This document shows, piece by piece, positions 14,556-28,130 of a stretch of 64,000 nt of DNA. The notes under the pieces are model-generated. The model made no database searches. It saw only the letters and a program-made list of their open reading frames with translations, and was not told the origin of the DNA. The position numbers were made by a program, and so were the translations under genes. This DNA comes from the human T2T-CHM13v2.0 reference genome, Homo sapiens: the NCBI RefSeq assembly GCF_009914755.1, contig NC_060932.1; one strand, written 5' to 3'. How positions within the stretch are numbered: the stretch's first letter is position 1; every line of letters starts with the position of its first letter.

Positions 14556-17500
14556 AATAAATTAGGTGCAACATCCTGATTAAGAAATATAGTTAGATCT
14601 TTTTTTGAAGAAGGCTAATAGTGTTTTTTTTAAGCCTTTCAAAATGACACTTTTAGACTACCCAAATAATAAATCTGTGTTTAATATGTCTACCCTTATA
14701 TCTATCTCTACACCTATATCCACAATTTTCTGGAAATTCAGAACTACTACTTTTAGGAACTTTTTAAAGGTTAGGTGAATCAGATGTTCACATAATGAAG
14801 TCTGTGGAAAGGACAACTATAGATTGGTTAGCTTTGGTTGTGACTAAAAGGTTAAGTAGTGGCGGCTTATTGATTATAAATATTGACTGGCATTTTCTTT
14901 AATAATACTTTTGATTTTTGATGGTTCCTCAGAAATTAATATGTATTTGGAAGGTCTTTAATTTTCATCATCCACAGCACCTTGCACAGTGTTAAGCACA
15001 AAACAGATGAGTAATAACTGGTTGCTGATCAATTTGTTTGCATAATTAATTGCTTGTGCAGTTGTCTGCATTCTACTCTGTTGTTTTTTATGCAGGCAGG
15101 CCATCCATAGCTATATCATCTCTGGAAAATGTGAACTCTGTTGCATTTTTTCATTCAATAGATTAAAGGAACACCCAGAGGGAAATTATGTAGCAAATAT
15201 TACTTGTTGGAAAGGTCTTTAACTTTGCTTGATTAGGTTATCTGTCACCTAAGTCAAATCGCAGTGGTCTCTTGATGATCTGATTCCAGCGCTAATTCAG
15301 AGCCAGCAGGGGAGGTGGAGCCAAAGAGTGTAAGAATAGAGCTTGGGTGGCTGTTAACAGCGGACCACTCTTCAATGGATTCAGATCACAGAATTGAACA
15401 GCAGGAAAATAAGGATAGTTCTGGGGCAAAGCCAAATCTGCAGTTCTTTGAAGCTATTGCATGTTTATACTTTGGACAAAACCTTCCTTTTACCCCAAAT
15501 TTTTATTCTATATTTTTGCAGTTTGTAAGTAGAGAAAAATCCTACCAGATACTATGTGAATGACAGAATTTATTTATGACTCTGTGATAAATGTAATGAA
15601 GTCATACTGCTTTTGGAAAGGGATAGATGTAGGGAGAATACTCAGTTTTGCTGAGGCTTAATTTAAATATTAATTAGGATAACTATCCTTAAAGTAATCA
15701 AGAAGTAAAAAGGCTGCCTGTACAACAACCACAAACTACAACTTTTAAATCCTTCCCCTTTTAAAATCAGATACAACAGTGGATTGAAGATTTTTTAAAT
15801 TAATCAAGTGTATATGAAGTGACAGATTATGTGAAAGCTCAAAGGTCTTCTCTTAAGTAGAATTTTGGGAGGGATTTTGTAAAGGGCATCATTACTGCTG
15901 AGCACCAACTTTGTTTTGGGCATTTAAACATCTATTGGGGCTTTCATCCTCAGCTACTGCTCTTATCAGTCCAATTTTGTGATGCAGATCATCTGAGATT
16001 CAAACTTTCCCTTGTTTAGCCCACAAAGCAATTTTTAAGAAATTCAAATTTTCAATTGCTTAGCTCACAAAACAACTTTCAAAAACTATGTTCTGGTTAA
16101 TTTAGGTACCCATTCATATGAAATTATATTCTACTTTCCGAAAATAATACTGCTCTCAAAATGTGTTTTCTAGTTGATTATTAAATCTCAAAACTTATTA
16201 CTTTGAAATACATACCAAAATCTTTGGAGATGGAGTTATTATATTGCAATGGCTATTATATATAATAACTATTATATATCATAGATGCAATGGCCTAAAA
16301 ATCAAATGGCGTTTTCCCTCATTCTGGAAAAAAAAAAAAAAAAACAGATGCAGATGTTCTGCTGCCTGGACATCTCTGGTCATGTGTCTTTCCATGAAAC
16401 AGTTTTATCCTCCCATCCCCCATACCAACCACAATTAAGAGGTTTAAATAAAATAAAACTAAGAAAGTGAATTTTTAGAGATGTAACCTAGTCCTGCTAA
16501 TAATGTAGGAGGCATTCATTTACATTCAAAACTGCAAAACAGAGCAGAGAGTTAGGTTTGGAATCTGTGCTTGTGGAGCCTTTTCATTTACTCACCCAAC
16601 TCCAAATAAGTCATTTAAGATACTAAAGAGAACTAGTGCAGAAGATGATATGCTTAGACATAAAATATATCCTTATTTGAACCTATAATATCCTGTTCTG
16701 AACATAAAACTCAAATGTAAAATTTAATTCTTATGTTTCTAATGTTTATAATAAACCACTGTATTTATCCACTTTGAACAGGCTTAGCTTTTGCATAAAG
16801 TTGATTTCTTTGCAAATCTATTCCATTAAACAATTTTCATTCATAATATGAGCCCGTATTACATTTTGTAACCCTAAAAATCACCATCGGCATCTTCTAT
16901 TCAACAGATAATAAGTTGTAAACAGAGCAAAAACTATTACGGAAACCATGCATATAACATGTAAAGTAACAGTATCAAATAAAATAAAAAATGACCAAAA
17001 ATATTTTAAAGGTACAGTAGAACAGGCCAATCACAAAATAAAAACTCCAAGATAGACAATCATGGAAAGAAATGGTACTGAATGTCAGCTCCAAGATGCA
17101 TCAATGAGTAAAAAGATGACTTGTGCCCCCAGCTCCCAGCACAAAGGCCCTGGCAAGCAACTTGGATGAGTTCTTAATTTACTCACTTGCTATGAAGTCA
17201 ATTCTTAAAGACCGTGTGTGGGTTTTTACACTCTGTATTTCACCAAATATTAGAATGTAAGACAGGAAGACAAACGTTGAGATTCATAACAATAGCATTC
17301 ACATCTACATATGGTAATTTCTTAGAGCTATTCAATGAAAACTTCCACCTCGGAGCTGACATCTTAGAATTATTTTGATACCATCCCTTGCGATTCTGTA
17401 AGCAAAGTTGTTAAGAGTCTGCAAAGGCATAAATGCATAGAGCAGTTGTCTAAAATTCTTGAGAGAAAATAGTAAATGTTCTGGGACTCCATGCAGATGA

Positions 17501-17599
17501 AAAGCAAAGTGGCAGAACTACTTTTAAAGTTGTTCATCCATTAGGCTAATCTCTAAGCCAATCAGGTTCTGAGGAAAGCAATTATGAGCAAGGTGGACA

Positions 17600-18600
17600 G
17601 AGAACTTGCCTAAGACGGAAAGGAGAATTCAACAGTATCTCTGATTAAGTGCTTTAAGTGCTGTGAGAACAAATCTACAGGTGCGGTGTGGGTTTGGCAG
17701 GGATCTCCGACCTTAACTAGGAAAGGGGTGGGGATCCAGAAAGGCTTCCTGGACGAAGGAATATCCACGGGGAAACCTGAAGGATTAGCAGAAGTTAGCA
17801 AAGTGGAGAGGAGGGAGGACTGTTTTAAGGAGAGGAAATAGCTTACTCAGACTCAGAGGTGAGAAAGAACATGGATCCAAGAGAAAATAAAAATTCAGTA
17901 GGGATGAATGAAGCCTGAATCCCCTCGATTGCCGAAAGGCAAGAAGTGAGCCTGGAGATGAAGTTAGGGAATAAGGCATAAAATCTAAAGTAAGTTTCAT
18001 TAAAGCAGTTTTACTTGAGACAAGAGTCTTTGAGATTGATGTTTCAAAGAAACTGCTCCATGCAAAATGGACTGGAGGAATGCAGGTGAGGTAGGCGGAT
18101 GGCTCGGATTGGTTATGGCAGTGGAGATGGAAAGAACTTGATGCAGGTGGGGTGGATTTAGAGGTAATATCGTCAAGGCCTATGAGAAACAGGATGTACA
18201 GAATGAGAAGTAGGAAAGAGTGAGGGACCAAAGTGATTCTCGGGTTTCTGATTTAGACAGCTGGGTGCATGGTGGTGCAGTCACTAAGAAAAACATCAAG
18301 GGAAGGGCAGTTTGAGATTAACAGATGGATACGTTTTGGGCAAAATGGGTTGGCAATACTTGTGAGCCGTCCAAGTACTATGTCCTGTAAGACATGGATC
18401 CGTGTAGATCCGTGGATCTGGAGCTCCAGAGAGGAACCTGGGATAGAGATGGAGATCTGAGAGTCATGAGATTACAATTGGCGGTTGAATTTTATTGAGT
18501 GGGTGTTGTCTCTCTAGAAGAATGTGTGTCGGGAGAAATGACCGAGGGAGAACCCTACAGAGCACCATAAATGTGTGATGAGCAGAGAAAAATAGTCCTA
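17600..18600 (-). mobile_element. L2 LINE relic (continues in fragments at about 19220-19420 and 19770-19830)
   Basis: AGGCTTCCTGGACGAAG, GGGTTTCTGATTTAGACAGCTGGGTGCATGGTGGTGC and GATCTGGAGCTCCAGAGAGG. Confidence 0.75.
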
Positions 18601-19160
18601 TGTCTTAGCCCATGTTCCCTAAGAAGCAAGCTGGAAGCAAAGCTACACGCTAACCCCTTATGGGGGTTGCAGGAGGATACCATGGCAGGATAGAGGAAAT
18701 AGAAAAATAGAAGTGAGGTAAGAAAGTCAAGAAAGTAAATACACAGGGGTATATCACCTAGTTAGCTTCATAGGAATCACAGCCTGGTGCTCAGTCACTG
18801 AGACACTTTCAGGAAAACCTTACCTTACAGAAGGAATCCCCTTAACAAAAAGGTGAATGTACAGTTTGTCTTCCAGCCTCTTCCCTTTTCTTGCCTCTCA
18901 TTGATCAACATTTGCCTCTTAGCCATTCTAGGGCTTAGTTAATCTAGGCAGCTCTTGGAGAAACCAGAGCCTCCATGGGTCCAGGCTGGTTGAGCCAAGG
19001 TGCTGGGGCTTCTTATGCCCTCCCCAAGATGAACCTGAGGGAGGCCTTGCCACAGGTCAGTCAGTAAGCTCTGGAAGAGGCTGAGACAGAGGGTGGTGTT
19101 GGGAGATGGAGCAATGGCATCCGGAGCTGGAATTTTGTAAGTTATGCAGTGATGTAAGCC
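18601..19160 (-). mobile_element. Old ERVL-class LTR inserted in the L2 (family uncertain)
   Basis: Begins TGTCTTAGCCCATGTTCCCTAAGAAGC, like antisense ERVL LTR ends, exactly where the L2 text breaks off. Confidence 0.45.
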
Positions 19161-19434
19161 TCAATGGATTCTCTTCAGCCAGGAATTAGAGCAAGCAGTT
19201 GATGATCTGAAACAATTTTGGATAATGTGTAAACTGGGTCTGGTATATCCTGTGAAGAAGCCTGAGAATGATTGGTAAGATAAGTGGGAGAAAACAAATA
19301 ATGCCAAAGATTGAAAGAAAAAAGCATATTTCAAAAATGGATCATCAGTGTCAAATGTTTCTTTCAAATCCAATAAAATAAAAACTGTAATGTCTATTGT
19401 GGATTCCTGTGATTCTAGTAAGGTACTTTGATTT

Positions 19435-19730
19435 TCCTGTGGGAAACCATGCCTTGCCTATTCTTGGTTTATTTGGTTTGGGTTGAGTGAATTCCACCCA
19501 GTAATTCCCAGGGTCAGTAAATGGTCCAACTGCAAACAATTGTGAGTGACTCCTCTAAGCATAGGGGTGGCCTGAGCCAAACAGGCCAATGGGACTTCAT
19601 GCCAGGGATTGTGCTGGAACAATTGGTAAAGAACTGAAGACTGAATATATTTAAATTTTGTGAATAATACCTTTTTCTTCTTAAGCCAAGTAGAGTTGTT
19701 TTTCTGTCATTTGTACCCGAAAGATGCCTA
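19435..19730 (+). mobile_element. Old MLT1 (I/J/K-like) MaLR fragment
   Basis: GGGGTGGCCTGAGCCAAACAGGCCAATG, and TTAAGCCAAGTAGAGTTG...TTCTGTCATTTGTACCCGAAAG. Confidence 0.5.
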
Positions 19731-21644
19731 ATTACTACAGAAGCAAAAAAATCCATTAGATATAATGACAAAGGTTATTGGAGCCCTCAGTAAGGATGGT
19801 GTCAGCTGAGCGGTGCTGGCAGAAGTTGGGGGCATTCTCACTGCCTCTTCATCTTCTTTCTTCAACTCTTAAAACACGGTTTTATCTACTTGTGAAAGGA
19901 GGGAGGAAAATGAACTAAATGTTTAGAGTGCTCCTGGGAGAAAGCAGAAAACAGTGTTGGCATCTCAGAGCCACCCTCTTCTGGGCCTCACCTGAGGAAC
20001 AGGTGTGCTGCATTGGGCAGGGGCTGGGGGAAGGTTCCCCAGTGCTTCCAGAGTCCAAACAGGCCCCATCTATTTTAAACAACTGCAAAGTCCCCGTGAT
20101 AATAGATTTGCTCTTAATTTTCTATTTTTCCCAAGTACTTAATCCTGTGCCAGTGGGCTTTTATTAAATATAGATTCATTTGAGACTCCCCACCTACCTG
20201 AGCAAGGATCAGCCCACAAGAATTACTCCATCTGGAGTTCTACAGTTTCTTTCTGATGGCTGAAAAAAAAACTGCATTTTGATTCCAAGTTTGGTCCTTC
20301 TCTTCTGGTGACTATAAGGCAGATATATTTATTATCAGTTCTGTGGGATTCTTTGCTTCATCATAACTCTTTATATGAACTTGTAATAAATCTGTCATCA
20401 CAGTCTCAATTTATTTTCACAACATTTCTCTTATCAACCCTTCTTTCCTACTCAAATTATTTTCTAGAATTCAGGTGCTCACTACTTCTGCCTCGCAATA
20501 GAGTAACAATGCTCTAATTGGTCTTGGTGCCTATAGTCACTCTTTGCTCCAATCCGTCATCAAGCAAATAATCCCCAAACTAATTAAATGTGCCAGCATC
20601 AGTTAAAGCAGGCAGTGAAAAAACACATTCCTAAATACTCCTAGAGAATTTAATTTATGTTTTCTAAGGACACATTGTCTGCTGTTATTAGTATTAGTTG
20701 TGTATGCTTCTGTGTTTTTATTTCTATTCTTCTCGATTGTACATTCTTTGAGGATGAGATGGGTTTTAGTGGATCTCATTTCATAAGTAAGGCAATAAAG
20801 ATACATTTTCCATAACTAATTATATACCAATATACAGCATGTAGATATTGAGTCCTACATTTCTGATTATCACCAGTTAAGGACCAAAGTATGACGTGGG
20901 AATATTGAGCTCTCAGGTAGACCACAGGCTCTTGTCAGATGCCTGCCATTGCTATGCTATTCTCATTATTTTATTGCATAGATGAGGATAGAAATAAAGG
21001 TCAGTCCTGGTGCCATATTTTTAAATATATATAGAAAATATATGATTGGCATAAGCACCATTGAGAATATTCTAGAAAAATAATACTTAGCTATTTTATG
21101 TTGGCTGAAATAATATTTTCTTTATGAGAAAAATATAAATTTCTATTGCAAGACTTTTTAACAAGAATTCTTTTGTTTTGTTTTTGCATGATCTTAATTG
21201 AGCATTTCAAACTGTTTTAAAAATTCAGAGACTCTCTATAAGATGTGTATTTTTTAATAAACCTTCACTTGAGTATAATTTTTATTTCCCATCAGTACCT
21301 AAAAGAAAAAAAAAAACTTCTTCGAAAAGATAAAAGGATGCATTTGCAAGATTATTTCCCTCTTAGGAAAAGTGCAATTTTTTACAGAACAATGCTGATA
21401 CATTTTCATTTTATTCAACTTATAGTTTAATTTTTATTCATATTTTATATTCATATTTGCATGATAAAAAGGTGCCACATTGTTCTTAGCACCTTATATT
21501 ATTTGATTGCTAAAGAAAGACACCCAAAAAATCAAACAGGAATAAAAAGATTCAAGTCTCATAATGGAGCAATTTGCATTACTCTCTAATCTTCATCTCA
21601 TTAAATCTTATTGACAGATCATTGTCTTCCTAGTAGAAAGTCTG

Positions 21645-22415
21645 TGTCTTAGTCAATTCAAGCTGCTATAACAAAATACCAGAAACTGCATGGCATATAA
21701 ACAGCAGAAATTTATTCCCACTGTTTTAGAGGCTTGCAAGTCCCAGATAAAGGCAACAGCACATTTGGTGTCTGGTGAGGGCCTACTTTTTGGTTCATGG
21801 ATAGCACTTTTTGTGTTCTCACATGGTGATATGGTTTGGACATGTGTCCCTTCCAAATCTCATATTGAAATGTGATTCCCAATGTTGGAGGTGGGGGTCT
21901 GGTGGGAGGTGATTTGATCATGGGGTTGGATCCCTCATGAATGGTTTCACACCATCCCCTTGGTGATAAGCAAGTTCTCACTCAGTTCACATGGGTTCTG
22001 GTTGTTAAAGTCTAGGACCTCCCTCCTCCCTTGCTCCCCTTCTTGCTATGTGACATGCCTGTTCTCACTTCACCTTCTGCCATGACTATAAGCTTTCTGA
22101 GGCCCTCACCAGAAGCTAAGCAGATGCTGGTGCCATGCTTGTACAGCCTGCAGAACCATAAGCCAGAAAAACCTCTTTTTCATTATAAATTATCCAGTCT
22201 CAGGTCATAGCAACACAAGAATGGCCTAACATACATGGCAAAAGGGGCAAGGAAGCTCTCTAGGGTCTCAAAATTTTAGAAGGTCACTAAACCCATAGGG
22301 GGTCCATCTCCCTGACCTAATCAGCTCCCAAGGCCCCACTTCCAAATGCCATCATCTTGGGGATTAGGTTTCAATGTATCAATTTTGAGAGGGCTTAAAC
22401 TTTCAGACCACAGCA
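21645..22415 (-). mobile_element. MLT1A0-like LTR split by a nested MST
   Basis: TGTCTTAGTC...GCTGCTATAACAAAATACC up to 21826. Resumes at 22234 and ends TTCAGACCACAGCA. Confidence 0.88.
21827..22233 (+). mobile_element. MSTA/B MaLR solo LTR nested in MLT1A
   Basis: TGATATGGTTTGG...CAGAAGCTAAGCAGATGCTGGTGCCATGCTTGTACAGCCTGCAGAAC. TSD CATGG (21822-21826, 22234-22238). Confidence 0.92.
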
Positions 22416-22899
22416 GTTTAAGAGAACTATTACTTGGCAATTTTTATGGCAGATCCACAATGTCATTCAACACTTTATGTGATATTATCTCAATAACTTT
22501 TGGCCTTTAATATTAGAATAATCATTCAACTTTTAAGAGAATTTGGCATTTAGACCAATTAATAAACTATGCAAAGGCTCTCCCCACACTGGCTGGCTTG
22601 TGGCTTGGCTGAAGCACTGCCAGACATAGGTGCGATTAATCATTTGTTCTCACAATAAAGATAACAGTTTTTAGAATTATAAGAAAAGTTTCTCATTCCC
22701 ATTTTTCTTTATTAGACATAAAGTCCATGTATTCTCCTTTTTAGTAAGATAATTAGCAAAAAAATATTTCTGAGGAGGTTTTAAAGAGGGAGATTATTTG
22801 GGGTAAACTGGGAATAGTCTGATATATACCAGCTTGCTGGTTGCTGGTCTGGATCACCCTGGCATATGATGTGGATGCTCAAGCTTTACGACTGCACTT

Positions 22900-23117
22900 T
22901 TTAGTGAAAATAATTTGTGCCAGAGCTCTTCTAAGCACTGTACCTGTAATCCTCCAAATAGCTCTTTGAGGTAAATAGGTAATACTTATTGTTCTTTTAC
23001 AGAGGAGGAAACTGAGCCACGGACAAGTTATGAACTTGCTCATGGTCCCTCCACCAGTGTTAGAGCAAAGTCAAAACTCAGGTCTGATCCTGAAGCCATA
23101 GATCTGAACTACTATGC
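22900..23117 (-). mobile_element. MIR SINE
   Basis: TTTTACAGAGGAGGAAACTGAG...AACTTGCTCATGGTC. Confidence 0.8.
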
Positions 23118-23288
23118 ATTGATAACAAGAGCCTGAAAGAAACAGAACCAGGAAAGGGGGAATGTGATTTTCTTCTTTTGGGCACATTGAACCAAATTCT
23201 CTATTGTCATTATGAATTTGTGTTCAGGGCAATAACCCCACCTTGGTTTATTCAGAGTTACTGTGAGATTCTTCTCTGTGTTGGGTAC

Positions 23289-23674
23289 TAGATTAGTCAG
23301 CTCAGGCTGCCATAACAAAGTACTATAGACTGGGTTGCTTAAGTAACAGAAATGTATTTTCCCAAAGGTCTGGAGGCTAGAATCTGAGATTAGGGTGCCA
23401 GCATGGACAGATTCTGGTGAGGCCCCTCTTCCTGGCTTGCAGAGGGCCACCTTCTGTGTTCTTAAGTAGCAGAGAGAGAGAGAGAGAACCAGAGCAAGCT
23501 CTGTGGTTCCTCTTCTTATTAGGGTACTAATCCAATCATGAAGCCCCTACTGTCATGATCTCATCTAAAGCTAATTCTTTCCCAAAGGCCCCACCTCCAA
23601 ATATCATCACATTATGATGGGCTTCAGTGTAGGAGTTTTGGGGGAGCAGAAGGGACACAGTTCAGTCCATAATA
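23289..23674 (-). mobile_element. MLT1A-like MaLR solo LTR
   Basis: GGCTGCCATAACAAAGTAC...TCTGGAGGCTAGAA...TTCAGTCCATAATA. TSD GGTAC (23284-23288, 23675-23679). Confidence 0.88.
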
Positions 23675-24149
23675 GGTACTCATCCAAGTATTATGGTAGA
23701 AAAGTTGAAAAAGATCCAGCTCTTCACTTCAAAGAAATAAAAATATAAGGGGATGCATAAGCAAGTTATTGCAACCTGATAGTTCAAAAATAAAGGAATA
23801 TACAAGTGTCCTGAAAGGAACAAGGAGGATGCAATTAATTTTGTTTGGATCTTGGGAGCAGGATGGCATCGAAGCAGGGTCTACAGAGGAAGAGACTTTG
23901 CACCAAGTCTGGAATATGTGTGGTTGGCTCATGATGAAAAAGGGTCCATCAGCCCTACTGTTCCACTGTGAGAGGGTGGAGTTTGTTACCTGTACGATCT
24001 TATTCCAGAATTATTCTACAAAAACAAGAAACCTTGTGATATTCTGGGTTAGGACTACATATAGTCACCCTAGAGAGAAACTCAAAATTGACAAGCATTT
24101 TCTGTGGACTCAAGGGTTCTAACCATGGTTTTAATCCCTCATCTTTAAT

Positions 24150-25150
24150 AATATAATTCAAGGGATTACAGATTTTTACAGAAAGCCCTTGAAATGAAGG
24201 ATAGTGACCTAAACACAGCATAAATAAAACAAACTTAGAGGCAACAGAGATGGTAGAGAAACAAGAAAAGTCTAGGGGACTCCTATCACTAACATCCTAA
24301 GAGAAATAAGAGAATATTTTGTAACATCAGCAAAAGAATGAAATGCTTAAAATAATGCAAAAAAAAACTACAATTGAGTTCATAAAAATTAAAAATATTA
24401 CAGCAGAAATAAAGAATTCAATAAATGAGTCAATAAAATGTTTTTCTCATAAAGACTGGAAGGGAAAGAAAAGGCAAATAGAAAGGAAAAGATAAAAAAG
24501 TTAAAAGAATAGTTAAGAAAATCCAACGACTAAATAATAGGAGTTCTAGAAAAAGGCAAGCAGAAAATAATTCAAGAAACTCTCCTAAGACAGGTCATAA
24601 GTTGTCACACTCAAAAGCTTCAATGGCTTAAACAAATCCACTGTCGGCACATCACTGTGAAATTTCAGAGCAGTTGGGACAAGAAGATGATACAAGCTTC
24701 TAAAGAAAAAAAATCCACTGGTCAACTACAGAAGATCAAAAATTAGAATGACTTTATTGACTTTATCTCTTAATGGTTCCACAGTAGCTAGAGGACAATG
24801 GTAGTGTCCTTGAAGTTGAACTTTATAAAGAAAATATTATTCGTTTAAAATATAGACCAAACCATACTATCAATCACATGAAGATATACTAAAGACATTT
24901 TCAGGCAAACAAGATTTTCAAAAATTTACCACACATACACACACACATTCTCATGAAACACAGGAGGCTTTTTTCCATGAAACAAGGGAATGAATTAAAA
25001 ACAAGGCAAACAAACAAAAAAGAGGAACTCATGAGAAACAGGAAACAGGAAATCTCAAATAAGAGAGAGGCCATGGGAATCCCCATAGTTATGGGGAAGG
25101 ACGATAGCAGGATTATTGCTATAGGTAGATGTAGTCCAGGCTGGAACAAG
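24150..25150 (+). mobile_element. HAL1 / old L1 ORF1-like relic
   Basis: A-rich ORF1-type text: AATCCAAC...AATAGGAGTTCTAGAA, ACATCACTGTGAAATTTCAG, AAAGACATTTTCAG. No intact frame. Confidence 0.65.
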
Positions 25151-25499
25151 GATGAAAGTGTGTGGTCAAAGATAGCCAAGGGCTCTATATTCATAGTCAC
25201 TCTTTCTGTCAATTCAGATGTGACAAAAAGAAACTTATAAATGCAGCTGTTGGGGATTGGTAGAGTTTATAAGAGTCTGTATAAGGGGTAAACAGAGGAG
25301 CTTAAGGCTATGATGACCATCCAGCTGTTTGCAGACTCTTGGAGTGGGTGTGGAGGAGACCAAGATGGACCTGAGCTGAAGGAGGTCCAGAGGTTCCACT
25401 CCCTTTCTTCAACCAGAATGAGTCCACCTCTGCCTCATGCATATACTTTAAATATATATGAATGAACCTTTAATAACAAAAATATTGACAGTCACTACT

Positions 25500-26090
25500 C
25501 TCTATTATAGGCTGTCATTAAAATATTTTAGATGGGAAAGTGATATAATTCGATTTTAATTTTAGAATATGACTTTGATTCCAGGATAGAGAATAGATTA
25601 GAGGGAAGTAAGATTAGAAGAAAGGAGGCCATTTAGGAGGCTGTGGTAGTGCAAATAAGGTATTATAAGCTTCTGAATTTTAAATAGTCACTATAGGGAT
25701 GAACAAAGGGAAGGACAATATATCCATATAAAAAACAGGTAGAATAAATATAGAACTGGTGAGGCAAAGTGAGAAAGAATGCAAATAACTTCCAAATTTC
25801 TAATTTAGACAACTATGTTGGTGATAGTCTATCTGCTAATATTCAAAGAAAATACAGGAGAAAGAGCAGATTGGTAGAGGAAGATAAAGATGCCCATTTT
25901 GGGCATCCAGTGGGCGAAGTTTTGCAGGCAGGCGGATATACAGGTTTGGAATTCAGGAAGGGGATGATGATGTATATTTTGGTGTCCAAACAACAGGTGT
26001 TTGCAAACATGGGTAGATCACCTATGAAGAATATGTAATGAAGAACAAAGGGGCATAAAATTATGGTGGATCATGAGCAAATATAGGGTA
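25500..26090 (-). mobile_element. L2 LINE relic
   Basis: GGAGGCCATTTAGGAGGCTG...ACTTCCAAATTTCTAATTTAGACAACT...TTTTGGGCATCCAGTGG. Confidence 0.65.
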
Positions 26091-26570
26091 TGGGAAGTTA
26101 CTAACCCTGAAATACTTGGTCCCTAGGAAAGACTGTGTTAGAAATAAAATTAGCCCCATTTTCTTTGAATATCCAAATGAAATTAAACAAGAATCATCTC
26201 TGGCCAAACCTCATGTCCTTATCCCCCACAAAGACCAGAGTGATGGCTCCAGAGACAGATCTCAAGGAGAAGGTGGAAGCTGAGAGAAGTGCTGTGGCAG
26301 TGGCCTCGCCTTCATGGAAAGCTGCAGTACCTTTCAGGAGCCGATTTTGCTGCCATTTTGTGCCATGACTAATATTGATTCACTCTTCACACTCCCTGTT
26401 TTCCCATTTACATAATCAGATTCAACAACTTATTCTCATCTCAGCCTTGAAAATCAGGACATAGATTTTTATGCTTCAGAGTATTTTTGTGGCTTGCAGA
26501 ATTTCAGCAGCTGTTACTTCATACATCAGGAAACATTAGCAAATTAAAGAAACAAAGTTTGCTGAGAATG

Positions 26571-26692
26571 TGTATACATATGTAACAAACCTGCACGTTG
26601 TGCACATGTACCCCAGAACCTAAAGTATAAAAAAATAAATAAATAAAATAAAAAATAAAAGAACAAAGAAAGAAAGAAAGAAAGAAAAAAAG
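26571..26692 (+). mobile_element. L1PA extreme 3' stub (~60 bp) with A-rich (TAAA)/(GAAA)n tail
   Basis: TGTATACATATGTAACAAACCTGCACGTTGTGCACATGTACCCCAGAACCTAAAGTATAA. Confidence 0.9.
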
Positions 26693-27769
26693 GAAGGTAG
26701 GTCCATAGCATTAGAGAATCTTATTTGGAGTTCTGTGGCTTAGGCCAACTAGTCTTGTAAATTAGAGCTTCACTTTATAGATGGTCTTTATATTTAAAAA
26801 TCACATTTTCCAAAAACATACATTATTTTAGGTTTTGAATTTGCGAATTGCGATAAGAGTGTTTGTTTTATGGTTGGTTACTGTAAAATGTCTAGTCACA
26901 ACCACTCCCCTGGTCCCCAAACAAAATAGAGTTCTCAGGCTTCCTATAAGCTCTTTTGTAACCTTGGCCCCACCAATTATTTTCTTATTTTAAAGAGAAA
27001 CCTGTAATGGTGTCCTGAGGTTACCTCTAGCTGTTCAGGACTGATACACTTATGAACAAGGAAAGACAATGGAAGTGATTACTAAATCAACATGTTACCA
27101 AATAATTGAAGATTTAAAAAACATCTATCATGAGAAATGAATCATTTTTCAACAAAAGGGTATTCTTTGTGTTTTCTAAGCTAAAACATTAGAAACGTCA
27201 ATTTCCAGTAGATGAGGCTATGTTACAGTTTATTCCATTTATAACCCTCACTGTTTTTGGCTATTTTGTTCAGGCTAGAAACAGTATTTAAACATTTCAA
27301 TTGTTGTACTGTTTAAAATGGCTGCCTATATATGGAATTCTACCTTGCAAAGTAACTATCTGAGTATATCTGAAATTTGCCATCATTTATCAACTGCCCA
27401 AAATACGTTTTTCAATATTTCATAAGTATACAATAAAACTTCTTAAGATATCAGAATCCATTTTAGAAACTGAAATAATGTAGCATTACTAATATTCACT
27501 TTAATAGACTGGTTGGTCAATACTCTATGTTTAATTATAATTCATTTGGATCCACTTTACATATGTGTTATTTAAAAAGCAAATCATATCCTATCATGTG
27601 CCCTTAGCCAATCTCAAGAGCAAGAGAACAGGACTTTCACAAATATGTAAGCAATCTTCTTTTTATCATCTTCTGTGTTCAAAGTTAATCCTGCAATTGT
27701 ATTAATTTCCCCTATGAGTAGAAAGCTGAAAGAAAAAAAAGAATAAAACTTTGTGGTTTACATATTGCA

Positions 27770-28130
27770 TTATCAATCTCTTAGTGTCAGAAAGGCTGGG
27801 TCTTTTTGTTGTTCATCATTCTATCTGTGGTACCTAAAATAGTCTCACGCATGCAGTGAGCTCTGAGTAAACACTTGTTGCATGATCGATGGTGCCAACT
27901 ATTGGTGCATTCTGAAAAACATGCCATGGAGAAGGTATAGCAGAAAAAGCCTGCACCACGAAATAGGAACTCTGAAGTCTATTCTGGTTTTTGCTCTTTT
28001 CTGAATGACCTTGGACAAGTTCGTGTCCCTTAGAGCCTGAAGTTCCTCATTTACACAATGGGAATGAAACTACCTGTCCTGTCCTTCAGCAGGCATTTAG
28101 TGGAGCAAATGGGGAGAGCTCTGTAAACAT
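27770..28130 (+). mobile_element. L2 3' end followed by MIR
   Basis: GTACCTAAAATAGTCTC...CAGTGAGCTCTGAGTAAACACTTGTTG, then TGACCTTGGACAAGTT...GAGCCTGAAGTTCCTCATTTACACAATGGG. Confidence 0.65.
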
